From: Bacteroidota bacterium
GTDB taxonomy: Bacteria > Bacteroidota > Ignavibacteria > UBA10030 > UBA8401
Length of the DNA: 64,000 nucleotides
Direction of reading: 5' to 3'
Assembly (NCBI GenBank): GCA_041665525.1
Contig: JBAYIS010000004.1
Coordinates: forward strand, 46,996 to 110,995
Positions 1 to 7,811 of this stretch are shown one piece after another. A program made the position numbers and the translations under genes. The notes beneath the pieces were generated by a model. That model searched no databases. It saw only the letters and a list, made by a program, of their open reading frames with translations, and was not told where the DNA came from. Each line of letters starts with the position of its first letter. Position 1 is the first letter of the stretch.

Positions 1-990
1 AACAAACCGTTGCTCGGTAAGCGTGATTATACATGGAGCATCGATACAATTGCTTATCCTGATAATAATCAAACATTAATGTATGATATTTGTGGAAATT
101 CATTTTCAGATGTTTATGTAGTAGGTCATTCGGATGGTTCAAGCGCAGCAACAATGTATCATTATGATGGTGCAAAATGGTTAACAACCAAATATCATGT
201 TAATGAAAATGGACCAATTAAAGGCCCGATAGATTTACAAGGAGTATATACATTTTCTTCTAGTGACATTTGGGCAGTAGGTGAAAGAAGCTATGAATAC
301 CCAGAAAATTCTGGACAATATGTAGATTCTGGATTAATAGTTCACTACAACGGAGTTAGTTGGCATGAACACAATATTAATGTATTTCAAACATTATTAG
401 CAATATGGGGAACGGATTCTAACAACGTTTGGATCGGCGGATTAAATGGAGAATTGTATAACACAAAAGGAAATAAATTTATAAAAGAATCATTCCCTTC
501 GAATATAGGAATTGCACAAATTGCAGGATTAAATAGTAATACCATTTACATTTTTGGTTTTTCCCAAAGTACACCCAGATATTATTCAATTTATAATTAT
601 GATGGAATAACTTGGTCTATCGTTGATTCAACAAACACATTTCCTTCAAATCCTCATTTTGGAAATTCATCACTATGGGTTGTCACAAACAATATTTTAT
701 ATTCAAGTGGATATGGAGGTGTCTTTCAAAAAAGTGATGATGGGTGGGTGAAGGTACTAAGCACTGGTACAGAAAATATAACGACAATCCGTGGAAATTC
801 AAGCAATAACCTTTTTGCTGTTGGAAGGGGACAAATATATCATTTTAATGGAGTAGATTGGTTTAAGTATGAACAATTTTCAGATCAGAACATATTATGG
901 TATCGAACATGGTCGGATGGCAATGTTGTTTTTATAATTGGTTTAACGTTGTCAGGTATTGGAAAAACGGTTGTGTTAAGAGGTTATTAA
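1..990 (+). CDS. Hypothetical propeller-like repeat lipoprotein, paralog A. Asp-box-like x-D-G-x-x-W repeats. The 5' end is truncated by the window edge.
   Basis: The reading frame is open from nt 1 (NKPLLGKRDYTWSIDTIAYP...). The protein carries repeated YHYDGAKW / VHYNGVSW / HFNGVDW motifs. The corresponding region (PVLGKRDYTWSIDTIAYP vs PVLGKRNFVWTIDTIAYP) aligns with ORF 1177..2229. Confidence 0.6.
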   Translation, partial: NKPLLGKRDYTWSIDTIAYPDNNQTLMYDICGNSFSDVYVVGHSDGSSAATMYHYDGAKWLTTKYHVNENGPIKGPIDLQGVYTFSSSDIWAVGERSYEYPENSGQYVDSGLIVHYNGVSWHEHNINVFQTLLAIWGTDSNNVWIGGLNGELYNTKGNKFIKESFPSNIGIAQIAGLNSNTIYIFGFSQSTPRYYSIYNYDGITWSIVDSTNTFPSNPHFGNSSLWVVTNNILYSSGYGGVFQKSDDGWVKVLSTGTENITTIRGNSSNNLFAVGRGQIYHFNGVDWFKYEQFSDQNILWYRTWSDGNVVFIIGLTLSGIGKTVVLRGY

Positions 991-1029
991 TCAGTTAGGA
1001 TAGTTATGAAAAAATCATTACATGTTTTA

Positions 1030-1170
1030 TTCTCCTTGTTCCCAAACTCAGTTTGGGAACAAGATCCTACCGAAGCTCCGCTTCGACCATTTGATTTTTG
1101 CTAAATATGAAACGGAGTTTCGTCAAAACTGCGCTCCCAAACAGAGTTTGGGAGCGAGAGCAAAAATAAT
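1030..1170. repeat. Structured repeat element of ~140 bp, copy 1. It contains two perfect palindromes, gttcccaaact-c-agtttgggaac and gctcccaaac-aga-gtttgggagc, plus the cgaagctccgcttcg hairpin.
   Basis: Read directly from the sequence. It is nearly identical (about 3 differences over ~135 bp) to the second copy at 2272-2410. Confidence 0.7.
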
Positions 1171-1176
1171 ACAACC

Positions 1177-2229
1177 ATGAAAAAAACACGCATATATCTT
1201 TTTATCATTTTTTCTTCAATTTCATTTTTCCAGATGGATTGCAAGGATGATTCGCCAATTCCTCCGGACAACAAACCGGTACTTGGTAAGCGCAATTTTG
1301 TTTGGACGATAGATACTATAGCCTATCCTGAAAGTTATCAGACAATGATGCGAGATATTTGGGTCGATAAAAGTAGCAATGTATTTATTGTTGGACAAAA
1401 TGAACGTGGTTATGGACAGATGTATCATTATGATGGAGTAAAATGGGACGATGTTAAGCTAAGCAATTTCCTTAATTTTGCATTTGATCTTAATTCGATT
1501 CAGGGTTTCGCCTCGAATAACATTTGGGCAGTTGGTGAAGAATTACAGACATCAATTTCAAATCCTATAAAGATTTTGGATTCCAGTTTAATAATACATT
1601 TTGATGGAGTAGTGTGGTCTAAGTATCAATTACCAAGTAGAGGGAGGTATTTAATTGATATTTCAGGTTCAAGTCCCTCAAATATTTGGGCAGGTGGCTA
1701 CCAAGGTAGTTTGTATCATTTTGATGGAAACTCATGGTCATCGGTAAGATTCCCTGATTCGTTAAATATCGGTTCAATCTTGGTGAATTCTCTGGACAGC
1801 GTTTTTATTTATGCCTATACATTAAACGGCTCATATTTTTTAAAGAAAGTTGATACTCTTTGGAGAATAATTGATTCAAACATTGGAGGTTCAACAATAA
1901 AGTTTGGAGGAAATTTAGGGCATTTAGGCGACGCAATTTATTCTATAGGTCCTAATTTATATCGATTTGAAGATGCTCAATGGACAATGATAAAGGCATT
2001 TCAAGGTCAATCTTTAACATCATTTAGCGGAAAAAATGAAACAGATTATTTTGTTGTTGGGGATAAGAATTTGGTATACCATTATAATGGAATTGATTGG
2101 TATCAATATCCTTCCTTCTTGAATGATAATGTAGTCTTTGTGTCAGTTTGGTCCGACGGGAAAGAAGTTTTTATTGTTGGATTGAATTATGGACAAATAA
2201 CTAAAACAATAATAATTCACGGGAAATAA
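1177..2229 (+). CDS. Hypothetical propeller-like repeat lipoprotein, paralog B (signal peptide with Cys; YHYDGVKW / IHFDGVVW / YHFDGNSW / YHYNGIDW repeats).
   Basis: The N-terminus MKKTRIYLFIIFSSISFFQMDC is hydrophobic and ends in Cys. The repeat motifs are shared with the upstream paralog. The ORF is 350 aa. Confidence 0.65.
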   Translation: MKKTRIYLFIIFSSISFFQMDCKDDSPIPPDNKPVLGKRNFVWTIDTIAYPESYQTMMRDIWVDKSSNVFIVGQNERGYGQMYHYDGVKWDDVKLSNFLNFAFDLNSIQGFASNNIWAVGEELQTSISNPIKILDSSLIIHFDGVVWSKYQLPSRGRYLIDISGSSPSNIWAGGYQGSLYHFDGNSWSSVRFPDSLNIGSILVNSLDSVFIYAYTLNGSYFLKKVDTLWRIIDSNIGGSTIKFGGNLGHLGDAIYSIGPNLYRFEDAQWTMIKAFQGQSLTSFSGKNETDYFVVGDKNLVYHYNGIDWYQYPSFLNDNVVFVSVWSDGKEVFIVGLNYGQITKTIIIHGK

Positions 2230-2271
2230 TTCGGAGGTTAATATGATTTGGTCTAAAAATAAAAAATACTA

Positions 2272-2410
2272 TTTCTCCTTGTTCCCAAACTCAGTTTGGG
2301 AACAAAATCCTACCGAAGCTCCGCTTCGACCATTCGATTTTTGCTAAATATGAAACGGAGTTTCGTCAAAACTGCGCTCCCAAACAGAGTTTGGGAGCGA
2401 GAGCAATAAT
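2272..2410. repeat. Structured repeat element of ~140 bp, copy 2. It carries the same two palindromic hairpins as copy 1.
   Basis: Direct comparison with 1030-1170 shows the same order and orientation, with about 98% identity. Confidence 0.7.
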
Positions 2411-2723
2411 ATCTGTCAAAGCGGAACAAAGTATTCGCAATCCTTTCGCTCATCAAAGCACGCGTCATTCCAGAAAGTGAAATAACTCATTTGAACGGAC
2501 TTGCCCGACAAAAAGCTTGTCGGGCATCCGTCCGTTCCGACAAGAAAATACCTCATCAGACTGATGCTCCCAAGCATAGCTTGAGTGAGAGAGAGATAAT
2601 AGGAGTTGACACTATATGGCATTCGGTCGGTGAGTCTGTTTCGTCAACCCGAACTTGTTTTAGGATGATTCAGAGAAAACCTCCTTCCCATTTGAACAAC
2701 TCCGCCATTTTTGCTATACTGTA

Positions 2724-2758
2724 TCCGTTCGGTCATTCCGGACGGATTTTGTATTTTT
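2724..2758 (+). terminator. Intrinsic-terminator-like hairpin, uccguucgg-ucauu-ccggacgga followed by a UUUUGUAUUUUU tract. It lies immediately 5' of the metF RBS and is a candidate attenuator of a metF leader.
   Basis: A 9-bp stem (including one G-U pair) plus a T-tract ends 11 nt before the aggag RBS and the ATG at 2770. The ~350-nt non-coding leader also contains the gcccgacaa-aaagc-ttgtcgggc hairpin at about 2503-2529. Confidence 0.45.
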
Positions 2759-2769
2759 AGGAGCAATGA

Positions 2770-3678
2770 ATGCACATAGCGGAAATTCTGAAACAGCCGG
2801 CGCCACACTTTAGTTTTGAATTTTTTCCACCGAAGACGGAAGAGGCTTCCAAAGTCCTGTTTGAGTCCATTAAGGAATTGACTCCGTTAAAACCATCCTA
2901 CGTCAGCGTTACCTACGGCGCCGGGGGTTCCACGCGGCAATTAACCCGCGATTTGAGTGTCCGCCTGCAGAAAGAGACACAACTGACCATTGTTTCGCAC
3001 CTGACCTGTGTCGGTGCGACCAAGGATGAAATTAAAGAAATCCTCTCCCGCTATAACGAGAACGGCATTCAGAATATCATGGCGCTGCGGGGCGATCCGC
3101 CAAAAGGTGAAACGCAGTTCGTGCAGACGGAAAACGGTTTTAGATATGCGGCGGAATTGGTAGCATTTATTAAAAAGAATTTTCCTGCAATGGGCGTGGG
3201 TGTTGCCGGATTTCCGGAAGGACATCCTGCTACACCAAACCGTTTGAAAGAAATTGACAACCTGAAAGCGAAAGTGGATGCCGGGGCGGATTACATTTGC
3301 ACGCAGTTATACTTCGAGAACCGTGATTTTTTTGATTTCTGCGAACGGTGTGAAATTGCCGGTATAAAAGTCCCCATCATTGCCGGCATTATGCCAGTCA
3401 CATCGCGAAAAGGATTTGCACGCATGGCGGAGCTGGCACTTGGCGTGCGGTTTCCTGCAAAACTGATGCGCGCTGTTTCTCGTGCTCAGGATGATGAATC
3501 AGTGGAGAAGGTTGGGGTTCACTGGGCAACAGAACAGGTGAGAGATCTGATCGACAGGAAAGTTGCCGGTATTCATTTCTACACTCTCAATCGCTCTAAA
3601 TCGACGCTGAAAATTTACGATAACCTCGGTATGAAGTCTTCGGATACATTGCGAAGTGCTCCGGTTCCATTAACTTAA
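2770..3678 (+). CDS. metF: 5,10-methylenetetrahydrofolate reductase
   Basis: The N-terminus contains FSFEFFPPKT..., the hallmark of MTHFR, and the ORF is 302 aa. Confidence 0.9.
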   Translation: MHIAEILKQPAPHFSFEFFPPKTEEASKVLFESIKELTPLKPSYVSVTYGAGGSTRQLTRDLSVRLQKETQLTIVSHLTCVGATKDEIKEILSRYNENGIQNIMALRGDPPKGETQFVQTENGFRYAAELVAFIKKNFPAMGVGVAGFPEGHPATPNRLKEIDNLKAKVDAGADYICTQLYFENRDFFDFCERCEIAGIKVPIIAGIMPVTSRKGFARMAELALGVRFPAKLMRAVSRAQDDESVEKVGVHWATEQVRDLIDRKVAGIHFYTLNRSKSTLKIYDNLGMKSSDTLRSAPVPLT

Positions 3679-3699
3679 TCTTTCCCATTTTTTTTCACT

Positions 3700-4332
3700 A
3701 TGTCCACTGCGAAAGAATTAGTATCCATCGCGCATCGGGTTGAGGCGAAAGGACTTGTGGTCGCGACGGACGGGAATATCAGTGTCCGTCTTCCGAATGG
3801 GAATATTTTAACGACACCGACGTCGATCAACAAAGGCCAGGTAACCGAAGCGGACTTGGTGGAATTGACGATCGACGGAACGCAGGTAAACGGAACACGG
3901 AAGCCGTCCACAGAAATACAAATGCATCTGTTCATCTATCATGAACGACAGGATGTGAATGCAGTGGTGCACTGTCATCCGGTCTATGCGACGGGATTTG
4001 CTGCAGCGGGGATTCCGTTAAAGGAAAATGTTTTTCCGGAAGTCGTCGTGAGTTTAGGAAATATACCACTCGCACCGTTTGCGATGCCGTCCACGGAAGA
4101 GGTTGCTGAATCGCTCAGGCCGTTCGTAAAACAATATGATGCAGTGCTCCTTTCCAATCATGGCGCTGTTACGTACGGTAAAGATTTGTGGGATGCATGT
4201 TTTAAGATGGAAAAGGTAGAACAAGTTGCACGGATGTTATTCATTGCTGAAACTCTTGGGGGAGCTCGCCAGCTAAATGCCGCGCAGGTTACTCGCCTTA
4301 AAGAATTAGCCGCAACAGTTTACAAAAAATAA
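3700..4332 (+). CDS. Class II aldolase/adducin-family protein (fuculose-1-P aldolase / MtnB-like)
   Basis: VHCHPVYATGFAAAG is the metal-binding His motif typical of class II aldolases. The ORF is 210 aa. Confidence 0.75.
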   Translation: MSTAKELVSIAHRVEAKGLVVATDGNISVRLPNGNILTTPTSINKGQVTEADLVELTIDGTQVNGTRKPSTEIQMHLFIYHERQDVNAVVHCHPVYATGFAAAGIPLKENVFPEVVVSLGNIPLAPFAMPSTEEVAESLRPFVKQYDAVLLSNHGAVTYGKDLWDACFKMEKVEQVARMLFIAETLGGARQLNAAQVTRLKELAATVYKK

Positions 4333-4429
4333 ATCATATTACATTTATCATCTACAGTAATTGGTAAACGGATTCCTTTGCTGAGCATCCGTTGCCGGTC
4401 AATAGAAGGGGAGTTACGTTATCGTTTCG

Positions 4430-5494
4430 TTGGTACGCAGGATCTTGATTCCCGCACTTTGTATAATCACGTTTGCATTCCCGCAGTCACAACATTATTT
4501 CTATTCCGGACCCCGTGCCGGATCGGAAATGATGTACAATCCTGTTACTCTGATTTTGAATGGCAGTTATGATGTGCTGCAATTCGAGGGGGAAACGAAA
4601 CATCTCGATATGGTTCGTTACCGGCAAGCCGGTGCTCAGGTGATCTATAATCTTACGAGTCCATTAGCCGTTATATCCCGGTATGGAGGTTCAAAATTCC
4701 TCCGGCAGGAGCTGCTTCCGCTCTCTTTCACTCCTACCAAAATGCAATGGTGGCCGAATTACAATCTGCATCTTTTGGGAGGCGGGATGACGTTTGTGAA
4801 GATGACGGAATGGTACGATTATTATGGATTTCCGAATCCCCAAGTGTCATCACTGGCGACTATGGCAGTCTACCACTATCTGAATGAAGTGGTCGAAATG
4901 CGGAATCACACAGGGGATAATGTCGATCCGATTTCGGATGTTTACATATTCGACATCGGCGGGATTCTGCTCTTCAGTTCGGACAATGTGAAACAGTTTT
5001 TTAGTCAAACAGTGGTGATGTCCGACTGGTCCGGACAGCCTCTCTTTTCACTTCGGGACGGGACACTTTCCAACAACGGACAATTCTTTTCCTTCAAATG
5101 GAAAATTCCGACACTCGATCACTGGCATCTCTTCTATCTCTCCGGTGTGGAAGGAATTGTCGGTCTGTCATATAGAAAAGATGATGGTGCATCGATTTCC
5201 GCCGCTGCCGGTATGATCGGATCGAGGAGGAATACGCTGAACCGTCACACGTTTGAACAATCTGTCAGTCTGCAATGGCGTGCCGGACTGTTTTATGACC
5301 AGGACAATTCACTCCTTGCTTCGCTCTATGTCAGCGGACTTCCTACCGAAATGATCAAGCTCAATATCTATCCTGGTTACATCGATTTTGCCGGGCTCTT
5401 CTTTGGAGGAGTTCTCAGTGTCTCGCAAAACGGACATGCAACCTTTGGTTTGACGATGAATTGGTTCCCCGGTGTATCAATGTCCACCAACTAA
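4430..5494 (+). CDS. Hypothetical secreted/outer-membrane protein (TTG start as listed; start uncertain)
   Basis: A 354-aa ORF with a hydrophobic N-terminus (ILIPALCIITFAFPQ). No recognisable catalytic motifs. Confidence 0.45.
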   Translation: MVRRILIPALCIITFAFPQSQHYFYSGPRAGSEMMYNPVTLILNGSYDVLQFEGETKHLDMVRYRQAGAQVIYNLTSPLAVISRYGGSKFLRQELLPLSFTPTKMQWWPNYNLHLLGGGMTFVKMTEWYDYYGFPNPQVSSLATMAVYHYLNEVVEMRNHTGDNVDPISDVYIFDIGGILLFSSDNVKQFFSQTVVMSDWSGQPLFSLRDGTLSNNGQFFSFKWKIPTLDHWHLFYLSGVEGIVGLSYRKDDGASISAAAGMIGSRRNTLNRHTFEQSVSLQWRAGLFYDQDNSLLASLYVSGLPTEMIKLNIYPGYIDFAGLFFGGVLSVSQNGHATFGLTMNWFPGVSMSTN

Positions 5495-5620
5495 AAATTA
5501 CTTTGAGAATGCTTGTGAATGTGTGTATTTTGTTTTCACTGTTTGTCACGGACAGAGTCTACGACACAATTATCTTTTAAGTCAATTGAATGGTAGTGAT
5601 TGTCTCGAAGAAATTCATAG

Positions 5621-5785
5621 ATTGAATCATTGAACCATTGAATCATTGTAACATTGCAACATTGAATCATTGAATCATTGAATCATTGAATCATTGCAAC
5701 ATTGAATCATTGAAACATTGAACCGATGAAACAATGAACCGATGAATCAATGAACCGATGAACCGATGAACAAATGAATCAATTT
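5621..5785. repeat. 8-bp tandem repeat array, about 20 units. Unit family: ATTG-N-A-N-C (aatcattg / caacattg / taacattg), grading into GATGAAAC / AATGAAYC variants.
   Basis: Read directly from the sequence: ...attgaatcattgaaccattgaatcattgtaacattgcaacattg...gaaccgatgaaacaatgaaccgatg... The array ends about 15 nt before the four-helix-bundle gene start. Confidence 0.85.
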
Positions 5786-5799
5786 CTCGAGAGGTGTTC

Positions 5800-6162
5800 A
5801 TGTATCAACAGGAAGAGCTGAAGCTTCGTTCGAAGAAATTCGCATTGCAGATCATTTCATTGTTTAAGGCATTACCGAAATCTGATGATGCGAGAGTGTT
5901 GGGAAAACAGTTGCTTCGTTCCGGGACATCAGTTGCGGCAAACTATCGGGCATCATGTAGAGCAAGATCAAAAGCGGAATTCATTGCGAAGATCGGAATT
6001 GTCGTTGAAGAGGCCGATGAGACTGTTTTGTGGATGGAAATGTTGACCGAATCCGGGATACTTCCGATACAAAAAACAGAACTGTTGTTGAAAGAAGGGA
6101 ATGAACTGCTAGCAATCTTTGCAGCATCGTACCACACGGCTAAATATGGAAAAAACTCTTGA
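5800..6162 (+). CDS. Four-helix-bundle protein (TIGR02436 family: 23S rRNA intervening-sequence protein, DGR Avd-like)
   Basis: LGKQLLRSGTSVAANYRASCRARSKAEFIAKIGIVVEEADETVLWMEML matches the family signature (R-S-x-x-S-V-x-A-N-Y-R-A-x-C-R-x-R-S...EF...EEADET). The RBS gagagg sits 7 nt upstream of the ATG at 5800 (the listed ORF begins at a GTG at 5794). Confidence 0.85.
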   Translation: MYQQEELKLRSKKFALQIISLFKALPKSDDARVLGKQLLRSGTSVAANYRASCRARSKAEFIAKIGIVVEEADETVLWMEMLTESGILPIQKTELLLKEGNELLAIFAASYHTAKYGKNS

Positions 6163-6165
6163 ATT

Positions 6166-6457
6166 GAAACATTGAAACATTGAACCATTGTAACATTGAA
6201 TCATTGAAACATTGAAACATTGAAACATTGTAACATTGCAACATTGAATCATTGCAACATTGAATCATTGCAACATTGAACCAATGAATCAATGAACCAA
6301 TGAATCAATGATCCGATGAACCAATGAACCAATGAACCAATGAACCAATGAACCAATGAACCAATGAACCAATGAACCAATGAATCAATGAACCAATGAA
6401 TCAATGATCCGATGAACCGATGAACCAATGAACCAATGAACCAATGAACCAATGAAC
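6166..6457. repeat. 8-bp tandem repeat array, about 36 units, from the same family as 5621-5785. First come the CATTG-type units (gaaacattg / taacattg / caacattg), then the CAATG/CGATG-type units (gaaccaatg / gaatcaatg / gatccgatg).
   Basis: Read directly from the sequence. It begins 3 nt after the four-helix-bundle stop and ends 11 nt before the ddl ATG. Confidence 0.85.
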
Positions 6458-6467
6458 TATTTTTTCT

Positions 6468-7589
6468 ATGAATAAATTAAAAATCGGAGTTCTTTTCGGC
6501 GGCCGCTCGGCAGAACATGAAGTCTCTCTCGTTTCTGCTGCTTCTGTTATCAATGCACTGGATAAATCGAAGTATGACGTAGTTCCGATCGGAATTACAA
6601 AAGACGGCAGATGGCTGCATGCAGTAAATGCAATCCAACTGCTGAAAGATCATTCACCGATCGAACAACTTCCCGAACATGTGTTGCTGCCAGATCCGCG
6701 CAAACAGTCACTCGTAAATATCAGCGGTGCGTTTCCGCAAAATGCACAGAAGATTGATGTCATCTTTCCGGTGATTCATGGGACCGGAGGAGAGGATGGA
6801 ACGATTCAGGGATTATTCGATCTGGCTGATATTCCGTATGTCGGCGCCGGCGTACTAGGGTCTGCCGTTGGCATGGATAAAGTAATTGCAAAACAGTTAT
6901 TGGAAAATGCCGGCCTTCCGGTAGCGCCGGGAATATCGTTTCTCTATTCTCAATTCCTAAAAAAACCAAAACAGTTTGTAGAGAATATTGAAAAGAAATT
7001 GAAGTATCCCTGTTTTGTAAAACCACCGAATCAGGGATCGAGCGTCGGTATCAGCAAAGCGCACAATAAAAAGGAACTGATTGCAGCAATCCATCTTGCC
7101 GGGGAATATGACCGGAAGATTCTGGTGGAGAAGGCTGTTCTGAAACCGAGAGAGATCGAACTCAGTGTGATGGGGAATGACGAACCGATGGTCTCTCTGC
7201 CTGGAGAAATCGTTCCGTCCAACGAGTTTTATGATTATGATGCAAAATATGTGGATGGAAAATCGGTCGCACATATTCCGGCAAAACTCCCTAAGACTGT
7301 TATTAAAAAATTGCAGGAGTGTGCATTAAAAGCGTATGCAATTCTGGACTGCTCCGGAATGGCGCGAGTTGATTTTCTTGTCCAGCGGAACGGGAAGATC
7401 TTTCTGAATGAGATCAATACTATCCCCGGTTTTACTTCCATCAGCATGTATCCGAAAATGTGGGAAGCGTCCGGCATCCCGTATCCCGAATTGCTGGACC
7501 GGCTGATCGGCTATGCTATTGAACGGCACACGACGAAAAAGAATTTAAAAACAATATATACACCAAAAACAGATTGGTATAAAGAATAA
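6468..7589 (+). CDS. ddl: D-alanine--D-alanine ligase
   Basis: The N-terminus [24 protein letters not shown] and the ATP-grasp core are consistent with Ddl. The ORF is 373 aa. Confidence 0.9.
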   Translation: MNKLKIGVLFGGRSAEHEVSLVSAASVINALDKSKYDVVPIGITKDGRWLHAVNAIQLLKDHSPIEQLPEHVLLPDPRKQSLVNISGAFPQNAQKIDVIFPVIHGTGGEDGTIQGLFDLADIPYVGAGVLGSAVGMDKVIAKQLLENAGLPVAPGISFLYSQFLKKPKQFVENIEKKLKYPCFVKPPNQGSSVGISKAHNKKELIAAIHLAGEYDRKILVEKAVLKPREIELSVMGNDEPMVSLPGEIVPSNEFYDYDAKYVDGKSVAHIPAKLPKTVIKKLQECALKAYAILDCSGMARVDFLVQRNGKIFLNEINTIPGFTSISMYPKMWEASGIPYPELLDRLIGYAIERHTTKKNLKTIYTPKTDWYKE

Positions 7590-7811
7590 GCTTCGTAGAT
7601 TATCGCAATACCGGTGCCGAATCTATTCTCTCAGAATGGAATCGGCATTGTTGATTTAAACTGCTTTGCGGCGTCCTTTACAACTATCTTTTCGGTACTG
7701 TGTGATAGGAAACATCGACAGATGTGGAATCGGACAAACGAATCTTTGACCCGTCATATCTTTTTATTATACTGTACGCGCTGGGGAATATGAACCATCA
7801 ATGAGAATGCT

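Noticed and set aside
1101-1428. Minus-strand ORFs 1101..1295 and 1222..1428
   Set aside because: They overlap the structured repeat element and the well-supported start of paralog B, and have no supporting features.
2491-2760. 89-aa ORF inside the metF leader
   Set aside because: It overlaps the hairpins and terminator of a non-coding leader. It has no RBS and an odd composition, so it is treated as spurious.
2411-2769. Specific SAM-I (S-box) or SAM-II riboswitch call
   Set aside because: I could not recognise the conserved S-box or SAM-II core sequences by eye. Only the terminator/attenuator architecture is supported, so the class is left open.
6249-6452. 67-aa minus-strand ORF translating to HWFIGSLV-type 8-aa repeats
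   Set aside because: It is a pure translation artefact of the 8-bp tandem array (3 units = 24 nt = 8 codons). There is no start context and it lies inside the minisatellite.
5621-6457. Possible CRISPR array
   Set aside because: The units are 8 bp and directly contiguous, with no unique spacers and no leader/cas context. This is a minisatellite, not a CRISPR.
5621-6457. Each flank as a simple perfect palindrome (block of repeats followed by its reverse complement)
   Set aside because: On inspection only the 5-nt cores (CATTG vs CAATG) are complementary. The unit spacers (AAYC) stay in direct orientation, so each flank is a direct array with subfamilies. Long-range pairing between flanks remains a hypothesis only.
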